Positions 53,109 to 64,000 of a DNA stretch of 64,000 bases are shown here, piece after piece. The stretch is from NCBI GenBank assembly GCA_950097015.1, contig CATNEN010000030.1, positions 4,154,001-4,218,000 of the forward strand, written 5' to 3'. The notes under the pieces are model-generated. The model searched no databases, was not told the DNA's origin, and saw only the letters and a program-made list of their open reading frames with translations. The translations under genes were made by a program, and so were the position numbers. Numbering within the stretch: position 1 is the first letter of the stretch; each line of letters opens with the position of its first letter. Source of the stretch: Macrostomum hystrix. Taxonomy: Eukaryota > Animalia > Platyhelminthes.

Positions 53109-53507
53109 AGTTGTCTGTACAACACGGAAGTGTTGCCTCATTTTTTAAATATAATTTCACTACTAATAGTAGGCGGTGTGTTGCAGCAAAAAATGGTTTC
53201 CACCGCGACAGAATTTATTCTTGAGCAAGGTTTGAGCAGGGAAATCACGCGTGAACTCAAACCTTGTGCCCATCTTTCTTCGGGGCCAGCGGACAAGTGT
53301 CTGAATGGTCATAAACAGGTGTCCGATTGGCCACTTAGCTCGTCAAAATTCCTTGAATTCCTTTCCAAGCCGCAACCGCCTTTTTATGTTCCTAGATTCA
53401 AAAGAATTAATTGAACTTCGATTTTCACGTCTTTATAATTTGGTTGCTATGCTGCGAGGCATTTGCGTTTTTTAAGAAGAAACTTATTTAACATGAATTT
53501 TTTGAAG

Positions 53508-54156
53508 AGACAGGGGAGAGATGACAGAGGGGAGAGATGAGACAAGGCAGAGATGAGACACGGAAGATATGAGACATGGGAGAGATGAGAGAGGGGAGAG
53601 ATGAGACACGGGAGAGATGAGACAGGGGAGAGATGAGACAGGAGAGAGATGAGACAGGGGAGAGATGAGTCAGGGGAGAGATAAGTCAGGAGAGAGATGA
53701 GACAGGGGAGAGATGAGTCAGGGGAGAGATAAGACAGGAGAGAGATGAGACAGGGGAGAGATGAGTCAGGGGAGAGATGAGACACGGGGAGAGATGAGAC
53801 ACGGGAAAGATGAGACAGGGGAGAGATGAGACAGGAGAGAGATGAGACAGAGGAGAGATAAGACAGGAGAGAGATGAGACAGGGGAGAGATGAGTCAGGG
53901 GAGAGATGAGACACGGGGAGAGATGAGACACGGGAAAGATGAGACAGGGGAGAGATGAGACAGGAGAGAGATGAGACAGAGGAGAGATAAGACAAGAGAG
54001 AGATGAGACAGGGGAGAGATGAGTCAGGGGAGAGATGAGACACGGGGAGAGATGAGACACGGGAAAGATGAGACAGGGGAGAGATGAGACAGGAGAGAGA
54101 TGAGACAGAGGAGAGATAAGACAAGAGAGAGATGAGACAGGGGAGAGATGAGACAT
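53508..54156. repeat. 16-bp purine-rich minisatellite
   Basis: GAGACAGGGGAGAGAT and variants. Confidence 0.95.
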
Positions 54157-54804
54157 AGCGAGTAAGTAGGCCGGCCGTGTGGCCGGTGCCTGAGATGAAG
54201 CAATGTTGTACGCTTGTAGAAGACTGAGTTTTATCCCATGATGAATATTGTTTCTATCTCTAAACTCATGTTGGGCTCTGGGGACTGCGCAGGTGCAGGC
54301 TGGAATTTTCCATTGTCCTTCCAACTCGGTTTGGCCCATCGCGGCTAAGCGGATTAGGCCATAGACGATGGCGGGCAGGGCGCGTGCGCGGTTTCTCTGT
54401 CTGCCTGTCTGCAGTTCTATACAACTGTAGGATCTTGCTAGCAATGATTTTTCTGTGCCTAAGTTGCTCTAAGAATGCAATAGTTGGAAACTCAATACAG
54501 AATGTCCAGCTCCCGTCTGCCTGTCTTGACGATAGGGATCTAAATGCGAGACTTAAGCCCCACTGATGGGCGCTTAATTACTGTTAACACTGGGGACAGA
54601 TCTTTGTATCAATAAATCTACATTTGTCTCAATTTTAATCCTTGTTTTTATTTCTTGTTGCTAATTATAAATTGATTTTAATTATTTATTTTAATTTAGG
54701 CAACTGGATCTTGCAAACATGCTTAGTGTCAATGTTCTGGCTCATTTTTACTCACCGGTTCATATAATCAATGACTGATCAATATAATCAATCAATACAT
54801 AAAT

Positions 54805-55515
54805 AGTCATTCAGTCTCTGGGTTATGGTCATTCAGTCTCTGGGTTATGGTCATTCAGTCTCTAAGTGGTCATTCTATTTGTAGGTTGTGGTCATTCTAT
54901 CTGTAGGTTGTGGTCATTCTATCTGTAGGTTGTGGTCATTCTATCTGTAGGTTGTGGTCATTCTATCTGTAGGTTGTGGTCATTCTATCTGTAGGTTGTG
55001 GTCATTCTATCTGTAGGTTGTGGTCATTCTATCTGTAGGTTGTGGTCATTCTATCTGTAGGTTGTGGTCATTCTATCTGTAGGTTGTGGTCATTCTATCT
55101 GTAGGTTGTGGTCATTCTATCTGTAGGTTGTGGTCATTCTATCTGTAGGTTGTGGTCATTCTATCTGTAGGTTGTGGTCATTCTACGAGTATCTGTAGGT
55201 TGTGGTCATTCTATCTGTAGGTTGTGGTCATTCTACGAGTATCTGTAGGTTGTGGTCATTCTATCTGTAGGTTGTGGTCATTCTACGAGTATCTGTAGGT
55301 TGTGGTCATTCTACAAGTATCTGTAGGTTGTGGTCATTCTACAAGTATCTGTAGGTTGTGGTCATTCTACAAGTATCTGTAGGTTGTGGTCATTCTACAA
55401 GTATCTGTAGGTTGTGGTCATTCTACAAGTATCTGTAGGTTGTGGTCATTCTACAAGTATCTGTAGGTTGTGGTCATTCTACAAGTATCTGTAGGTTGTG
55501 GTCATTCTATCTGTA
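54805..55515. repeat. 22/28-bp minisatellite
   Basis: GTAGGTTGTGGTCATTCTATCT, gaining a 6-nt insert (ACAAGT/ACGAGT) toward the 3' end. Confidence 0.95.
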
Positions 55516-56082
55516 GATTAAAGTCATTCTGTCTGTATGTTTTGGTCACTCAGCCTATGGCTTACAATCACCTCAGCGTTTATTAAAAAGGAACCAATGT
55601 TTAATGCTCGGACATAATATGTGAAACAGCAGTGTGTGACACCTGAGCCGACACAAGGGCTTAGTCAAGGTGACAGACACAACAGGGGCCCACTTCTCAT
55701 TTAGCACCTTGCTGGACTGTCTCACTCTCTTGCAAAGCACACACACGTGTGTCTTCTTCTCTAGAAAGAGACGGTTGGACAGCACTGAACCTGCCTGCGC
55801 GTTTGTGTGCTCAGGCAGTGCTCAGGCCGCGGGCGGGAACTCTGCGGGAGAGACAACGCAACCAAGGATGAGGAGGTCGGTGGGAGCCCTGCTCGGGGCT
55901 GTTTGTCCTCTCCCACCGCCTTCTACTCTGTTCCTTGATCCGATTAGCAAATAGAATTGGATGCAGCACAATTGGAACAGGCCACACTGTGTATTGTGAG
56001 CGTGTATGTGGTTTGTGCAAATCATTTTTTGTGCGCATGATTGTAGCTCGTAGTTTAAATGTCGAATTTATAAGTCACCCTT

Positions 56083-56315
56083 TTTACCCCTCACTCTCCC
56101 TCTTTACCACTCACTCCCCTCTTTACCCCTCACTCTCCCTGTTTACCCCTCACTCCCCTCTTTACCCTCACTCTCCCTCTTTAACCCCTCACTCCCCTCT
56201 TTACCCCTCACTCCCCTCTTTACCCCTCTCTCTCCCTCTTTAACCCCTAACTCTCCCTCTTTACCCCTCACTCTCTCTCTTTACCCTCACTCCCCTCTTT
56301 ACCCCTCACTCCACT
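56083..56315. repeat. Polypyrimidine tandem repeat
   Basis: TTACCCCTCACTCCCCTCT-like units. Confidence 0.85.
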
Positions 56316-57334
56316 TTCTTTCCTCCGACGTTGAAAATGGCAGCTCAAATCTGAATGATAAATAACAAGTTTCCCAGACTTCCCATTCTGAAGTTTCTAA
56401 TCTATTTAATGAATTCAGAGTTCCATGAGCCTATAGAGACTCTGTGCGAGCATCTGCATCAGCAGTGGCTCCAACAGGCAGCCTAATTATATACCCCAGC
56501 CTGCACAGCCAGGGACATGTCTTTTTTGATAGTTTCAAGTTTCACTAGCAGGCCCAAAATCCCAATGATTTAACACCCCGCCAGCTTTGCCACATCCTCC
56601 CGTGTCAGTTCCCCTCCGTCTTGCCCGATCCCCAACTCTGATATCCCCATGAATCTGGGACGCGGAGGTGCAAAGGGAAAGGGTCGGCCGGTCGGACAGG
56701 AGTGCGACAGGTGGGGCTGCATTCCACGCTGCCATTTCCTTAATTGGCGCGGCCCCTTAATATTAGAAGCATGAGCAGCAGCAGCAGCAGCAAGCCCAGT
56801 TCCCTCCGCGCTCTGTGCGTGAGCGAGACTGCAGCAGCAGCTCGAACCAGCGTTCTCCTCCCTCCTGTCCCTCCAGCCTCCCTTCTCCCCTTCATCCCCA
56901 GCCCGACAGTGACGTCTCGCACCCGGAGTCTCGCCCGCCTCCCCTGGCCGCGGCACGAGATGATGGCCAGGGATAGAAACGAAACGAGAAAAAACCTGAT
57001 TCCACAGATGGCTAGATTGAGAAAAAGACCCGCTTGGGTCTTCTTTCATTAGGGGGCCTTCCTCGGCTGATTAGAGATAGCCGGGATGCGTATCTCTCGG
57101 TGATCAGCGCGTGAGGGCTTAGCGAACTGACCCCAGTCACAACCCACACGCATCACAACTATTACAGCTAGACTGCTGCCTTGAGACAAGCTTTATTGCC
57201 CAACTGACTTGAGAAGATTTTGGCTTTTAATGAGGCCGGTCTGGAGGTGTTGTGCCAGGTAGGGCGGGCGTTTGATTGATAAGCTACTTTATTTCTCCTC
57301 CACATTCCCAAATTATCTTTCTGAGTTTCTTTTC

Positions 57335-57550
57335 ATGTATTCTCTTTCTCTCGTCCCCCTCTCTTCCCCTCTTTTCCTCATCTCTTCCCCTCTCTTCCCC
57401 CTCTTTTCCTCATCTCTTCCCCTCTCTTCCCACTCTTTTCCCCTCTCTTCCCCTCTCTCCCCCTCTCTTCCCTCTCTTCCCCTCTCTTTCCCTCTCTGCC
57501 CCTCTCTTTCCCTCTCTTCCCGTCTCTTCTCCCTATTTTCCTCCTATTCC
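57335..57550. repeat. Polypyrimidine low-complexity tract
   Basis: CTCTTCCC repeats. Confidence 0.85.
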
Positions 57551-58721
57551 TTTTAAAGGGTTCACGAACCACAAATTTGTCAATTTGATATATTTCATAG
57601 TTTTTATCATAAAATCGTCAGCATCCAATGTCAATATTGTGCACATTGATGTGTAATTTAATGTCGAATTTCCTGTTCTGATTTAACATATTGCAATCCT
57701 AATTGGGTATTATCAGCTTAGCAGGTGTTTGAGGGCTGGCCTCCTCTGATTGCCCCGTGGGCAAGCCAGAGTTCCAGCAAAGTTTTCAACTGCTTCTTCT
57801 GAAAGAAAAAAGTCTTTAAACTTCCTATTATAACCTTGATTATTTAGAATTCGCAAAAATAAGATTAAACCTGGGACCAAACTCAGTCAGAGGTGGTAAG
57901 TCACCCATGGTGCAATGGACTTGGGGGGCCAGAGGCGATGCATATCCGTTTGTTTGACCTGATTTCTGTCCGATTGTCGCCTTATTGAAGTCTTAGTTTT
58001 TTTTATTAAGTAATTAATCGCTTTACTAAAGTAAAGACACTGACGGAGTCCCTGCGGCTTTGTCCTGGGATCGAAGGTGTCAAATCATTGTTATGCACTA
58101 GCAAACCACATTTCTATAGGTAAATATTAGTCCACATTGCAGTGCCACAATGCCGTGCAGATTCTGCAACAAATTTCTGAAAGGCACAGCCAGCGTCTGT
58201 TGCGTGTTGCGGTAGAGGCTACTCTGATCTAAAGGGCAAATATTCCCATTTCACACTTCTGACAGGCAGGCCTGACAATGCCCAGTCCCACAAAACACTG
58301 GGATTGTTTTAAGTAAATAATTTTGTTATAAAACTATTATATCCCCAGAAATGTCAAGCAATTGTTCTAAACATTTCCTCATTGACAATCTTTGTTGTGA
58401 GTTATTTTGAAAAGTGAAAATTGCCAGCTAGCCATGGCAACTGAAGACTCTGGATGTTTGGCTTCATCGCTCGGCATCGCTTTATGGTTTGGCACCCCCT
58501 TAGCGAAATATTTGGGACTCATTGCTGGTGTTTTGGTTCTGATATCCTATCTTCAAGGGAATATTTTTAGGTTAGGGCTTAGACAAACAGATGAATACTT
58601 TGATCCCATACGCGATAATTACTTTAATAATCCCAAATATATTGTACCATGGTTGCTTGGGAAATCCATAGGCACTTACTTGAATCATGAAGGAGATTCT
58701 TGATTCTAATCCCGATGGATT

Positions 58722-59240
58722 CTACTCAGTTGTACTCAATTTTATTCCTCTCTATTCTATTCTACTCCTCCCAATACTCTACTCCACTCTACTCAACTCT
58801 ACTCCACTCAACTATTCTCTACTCAACTCTTCTCAACTCTACTCCACTCTACTCCACTCAACTGTACTCTACTCAACTCTACTCAACTCTACTCAACTCT
58901 ACTCAACTCTACTCAACTCTACTCAACTCTACTCAACTCTACTCTACTCTACTCCACTCTACTCAACTCTACTCAACTCTACTCTACTCTACTCCACTCT
59001 ACTCAACTCTACTCCACTCAACTATTCTCTACTCAACTCTTCTCAACTCTACTCCACTCTACTCCACTCAACTGTACTCTACTCCACTCAACTGTACTCT
59101 ACTCAACTCTACTCAACTCTACTCAACTCTACTCAACTCTACTCAACTCTACTCAACTCTACTCAACTCTACTCAACTCTACTCAACTCTACTCTACTCT
59201 ACTCAACTCTATACTTAATACTACTCTACTCTACTCAACT
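58722..59240. repeat. Pentamer-based satellite (CTACT/CAACT)
   Basis: ACTCAACTCT repeats. Confidence 0.93.
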
Positions 59241-59741
59241 CAACCGTAATCGAATCTTACGAGCTACTTTGCGATAGAGATTTATTGTAGCGTCATTTTT
59301 TTCTATAATTTTATGCATCGCCTCAGCCTGCATCTCAGCTTTTTTCAGTCCGTGACATTCAGCTTTGCTTCTCAGAATGGCCGAATGATAAAATTTTGAT
59401 GAGCTCATTGTTTTCATCGATTTCCTACCTCGCCTTGACCCAAACCAGGCGCGTGTCAAGTGCCGACACGAATGTAATTAGCGGTGGCCTTACACAGCAA
59501 TGCCGCATCACTTAGCCACTTGTTTTGTCTCTCAGGGAAATGCGATCTGTCCACTTGGAGACCGGGCCAGATGGCTCCGGCCTCAGACTCGGCCGCCGAT
59601 AACTGCTCAGCTCAAGGTCCGATTCCGGATGACATAGCAACCTAACAATCAGAATCCGAGCCTCTTGATTGGCCTTAGCCTACTCTGCTGTGTTCTCTAC
59701 TCAGCTTGAATCACTGAGCAACTCTTAATTATTAGATTTTA

Positions 59742-60905
59742 CTCTAATCTACTCCACTCCGATCTACTCCACTCTGATCTACTCCACTCTAATCTACTCT
59801 ACTCTGATCTACTCCATAGTCTACTCCACTCGAATCTAATCCACTCTGATCTACTCCATAATCTACTCCATTCTAATCTACTCCACTCCGATCTACTCCA
59901 CTCTGATCTACTCCACTCTAATCTACTCCACTCCGATCTACTCCACTCTGATCTACTCCACTCTAATCTACTCCACTCCGATCTACTCCACTCTGATCTA
60001 CTCCATTCTACTACTCCACTCCGATCAACTCCACTCTGATCTACTCCATAGTCTACTCCACTCGAATCTAATCCACTCCAACTCCACTCTAATCTCCTCC
60101 ACTCCGATCTACTTCACTCTGATCTACTCCACTCTGATCTACTCCACTCTAATCTACTCCACTCCGATCTACTTCACTCTGATCTACTCCACTCTGATCT
60201 ACTCCACTCCGATCTTCTCCACTCTGATCTACTCCACTCTAATCCACTCCACTCTGATCTACTCCACTCTGATCTACTCCATTCTACTACTCCACTCCGA
60301 TCAACTCCACTCCGATCTACTCCACTCTGATCTACTCCATTCTAATCTACTCCACTCCGATCAACTCCACTCTGATCTACTCCATTCTACTACTCCACTC
60401 CGATCAACTCCACTCTGATCTACTCCACTCTAATCTACTCCACTCCGATCTACTTCACTCTGATCTACTCCACTCTGATCAACTCTACTCTGATCTACCC
60501 CATAATCTACTCCACTCGAATCTACTCCACTCTGATCTACTCCATTCTGATCTACTCCATGATCTACTCCACTCTGATCGATCTACTTCATTCTGATCTA
60601 CTCCATAATCTACTCCACTTTAATCTACTTCTGATCTGATCCATTCTGATCTACTTCATTATAATCAACACCACTCAAATCTAATCCACTCTAATCTACT
60701 CCACTCTGATCTACTCCACTCTGATCTACTCCTCTCTGATCTACTCCATTCTAATCTACTCCACTCTGATCTACTCCGCTATAATCTACTCCATTCTAAT
60801 CTACTCCACTCTGATCTACTCCGCTATAATCTAATCCATTCTAATCTACTCCACTTTAATCTACTCCACTCTGATCTGCACCACTCTACTCTAATCTACT
60901 CCACT
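59742..60905. repeat. 15-bp satellite derived from the same pentamer
   Basis: CTACTCCACTCTGAT variants. Confidence 0.93.
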
Positions 60906-61671
60906 CTAAAGTCTACAGAGACAGACAGACAGGCAAGCAGATAAGGACACGAACCAGCAGACAACTTTAATTACGCAACATTCTGCTTTAGTAGAAGATT
61001 ATTTCTAGATTAGTGTAAACACTCAATTTGAATAGTTTGTGAGTTATTTTCTCATCTTTTATTTTGCGCTAGCTAGCAACTAGCAGACCGGAGCAATCCC
61101 ATGAACAGCTGTGCCCCAGCCCCAGCCCATGACTGGTGGGTATTTGACAGGTTGCAGAAAACAGATTCTATTTAACGCCCCTGGCCACTTTCTCTCTGCT
61201 CAGTTATAGCTGGCAAATAAAGATTCCACCGCCGGAACCAGATTTTCAGTTCCATCCAAGGATGCTAGACCATATAGCCAGGAGGTGGGTGCTAAGTGGC
61301 TGGCAAACACCCCAGTAAGTGGACACACAGCCAGCTATCATTCGGTTTCTATCTAGTCTGTCTACTGCTGTTTTCTGTCTGCTTTTCGCCCCCAGGGGGG
61401 GAAGGCCGAGGCACACTTCTTCCGAGGCTTTGGCGCGGCGCGGATCGAGAACTCAGGACCGCGCGGGTCCGTTGCAGGAGAGACAGAGAGAGAACAATTG
61501 TGGCCTGGCTCCCGGCACGTCTGGCAACTGTGTAGCTGAACATATGCGCAACATTTTCCTTGACTGGACTTCCTCGGATGAGAATGAGGCACCAGATTGC
61601 TATTGCAGGGGATTAGATGGGCCCAGAAACTGCAGCCAACTGTTGAAAATGTGCTCCAAGGGGTCTGGGAC

Positions 61672-62545
61672 TGGACAGAGCTGACAGACAGACAGACAGA
61701 CAGGCTGAATGGCAGAGCTGACAGACAGACAGACAGACAGACAGACAGGCTGAATGGCAGAGCTGGCAGACAGACAGACAGACAGACAGACAGGCTGAAT
61801 GGCAGAGCTGACAGACAGACAGACAGACAGACAGACAGGCTGAATGGCAGAGCTGGCAGACAGACAGACAGACAGACAGACAGGCTGAATGGCAGAGCTG
61901 ACAGACAGACAGACAGACAGGCTGAATGGCAGAGCTGACAGACAGACAGACAGACAGACAGACAGGCTGAATGGCAGAGCTGGCAGACAGACAGACAGAC
62001 AGACAGACAGGCTGAATGGCAGAGCTGACAGACAGACAGACAGACAGGCTGAATGGCAGAGCTGACAGACAGACAGACAGACAGGCTGAATGGCAGAGCT
62101 GACAGACAGACAGGCAGGCTGAATGGCAGAGCTGACAGACAGACAGGCAGGCTGAATGGCAGAGCTGACAGACAGACAGGCAGGCTGAATGGCAGAGCTG
62201 ACAGACAGACAGACAGACAGGCTGAATGGCAGAGCTGACAGACAGACAGGCAGGCTGAATGGCAGAGCTGACAGACAGACAGGCAGGCTGAATGGCAGAG
62301 CTGACAGACAGACAGGCAGGCTGAATGGCAGAGCTGACAGACAGACAGGCAGGCTGAATGGCAGAGCTGACAGACAGACAGGCAGGCTGAATGGCAGAGC
62401 TGACAGACAGGCAGGCAGGCTGAATGGCAGAGCTGACAGACAGACAGGCAGGCTGAATGGCAGAGCTGACAGACAGGCAGGCTGAATGGCAGAGCTGACA
62501 GACAGACAGGCAGGCTGAATGGCAGAGCTGACAGAGAGACAGGCA
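61672..62545. repeat. Composite minisatellite with a variable (ACAG)n tract
   Basis: GGCTGAATGGCAGAGCTG(ACAG)n. Confidence 0.95.
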
Positions 62546-62550
62546 CTCCA

Positions 62551-62622
62551 AATTGTTACAGTAGTGTCAGGAATCGAACTCCCGATCTTCAAGTCGTGAG
62601 TCCGCCTCTCTAACTCAAATCT
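62551..62622 (-). mobile_element. SINE family A head fragment
   Basis: Reverse complement GAGTTAGAGAGGCGGACTCACGACTTGAAGATCGGGAGTTCGATTCCTGACACTACTGTAACAAT resembles the 34175 copy. Confidence 0.65.
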
Positions 62623-63274
62623 GTGACGGACAGACAGGCTTACAGAAATCTAGGAAAAGTAAGATTGCCAAAGCATTTGAATTGTTCAAGCTACAAAATA
62701 GCCAAATCCATCACTCTGAAGATTCATATTCTGTAATTATATTCCTGAAATTTGTTTACCAATCGCACAAGTCGCTAAGTATAGAATACTCAGATATGCA
62801 ATTCAATAGTTTTCGGTGCTTATCAGCGACTTTGATTTGTAAATCCGTCGCAATCGCTGCCCCATCAAAGGATTTTGAGATTCGCGAATTCAATGCCCAT
62901 TATGACAATCGGCAGAAGGCAAATTGCAGCTTTGCCAGAACTGACGGCAACCTTGAGTGTGTACTGCGCTTTTAGACAACAGTTAGACATCTGCCTACTT
63001 GCGTCCTGTCACCGAAGGTCTGACGGGGGATTTTCAAAGATTAAAAACTGGGCGGAGTCGTCGGACAGCAAGGTGGGTGGACAGCTCTCCCCTGGGCCGG
63101 AGAGGTTCTCAACAATTCCGAGATTTTTATCTGGGCTGGAAATTTTCGGCCTTGGAACGACCTAGTGGCCGACTTGGCGAGCGGACTCACAAATCAGTGA
63201 CACGGACTGTTCTGTCTCTAAATGACTGGCAGCGGTTCCTCTCTCGGGGGGTCAATGACTCCCTCTTTCTCTAG

Positions 63275-63850
63275 TGGTCACTCTGGAGGTCAGGGACCCC
63301 AGTCACTCTGGAGGTCAGGGACCCCTGTCACTCTGGAGGTCAATGACCTCAGTCACTCTAGAGGTCAGTGACCCCAGTCACTCTAGAGGTCAATGACCTC
63401 AGTCACTCTAGAGGTCAGTGACCCCAGTCACTCTAGAGGTCAATGACCCCAGTCACTCTAGAGGTCAGTGACCCCTGTCACTCTGGAGGTCAGTGACCCC
63501 AGTCACTCTGGAGGTCAGGGACCCCTGTCACTCTAGAGGTCAGTGACCCCAGTCACTCTGGAGGTCAGGGACCCCAGTCACTCTGGAGTTCAGTGACCCC
63601 AGTCACTCTGGAGTTCAGTGACCCCAGTCACTCTGGAGGTCAGTGACCCCAGTCACTCTGGAGGTCAGTGACCCCAGTCACTCTGGAGGTCAGTGACCCC
63701 AGTCACTCTGGAGGTCAGTGACCCCAGTCACTCTGGAGGTCAGTGACCCCAGTCACTCTGGAGGTCAGGGACCCCTGTCACTGGAGGTCAGTGACCCCAG
63801 TCACTCTGGAGGTCAGTGATCCCAGTCACTCTGGAGTTCAGTGACCCTCT
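63275..63850. repeat. 25-bp palindromic minisatellite
   Basis: CAGTCACTCTGGAGGTCAGTGACCC, about 23 copies. Confidence 0.95.
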
Positions 63851-64000
63851 GCTGACCTCTGGACAATGCACTGCCACGGCTCGGCAGAATTTCACTAAAA
63901 GCAACTCTTGTCCTGGAGACAGACTCTGGGCATGGAGTCGCAGCGGGGAGGCAGCCAAGTTGATGATTATTAAAGTTCAATTGATGAAGTGTGAATTGCA

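Noticed and set aside
61400-61680. CQTCREPGHN zinc-knuckle-like peptide on the minus strand
   Set aside because: The final Cys is not at CCHC spacing, and there is no supporting gag or transposase context.

Overview
Eukaryotic (animal) genomic DNA with spliceosomal GT-AG introns, GC-rich exons and an unusually high load of minisatellites. The overall style resembles a free-living flatworm such as Macrostomum; this is an inference, not a verified assignment. Host genes reconstructed from splice phases: the 3' part of an ACSS3-like acyl-CoA synthetase (+), an HMX/NK5 homeobox gene (+), a CSAD/GADL1-type PLP decarboxylase (+), a 9-exon 1210-aa TRP channel joining ankyrin repeats to a TRPM-type membrane region (+), a secreted ADAMTS-like reprolysin with an HExxHxxGxxD zinc motif (-), and a Rap2-like GTPase whose first recognisable coding exon lacks the ATG (+). 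Mobile DNA: a 3'-truncated Ty3/Gypsy element (LTR, tRNA-iMet PBS, -1 frameshift signal with pseudoknot), a decayed Merlin/ISXO2 transposon with TIRs, and two tRNA-derived SINE families. More than 25 tandem arrays fill introns and the gene-poor 46-64 kb region. Most long ORFs in the supplied track are artefacts of these arrays. Exon boundaries were read by eye from phase continuity; repeat boundaries are approximate.
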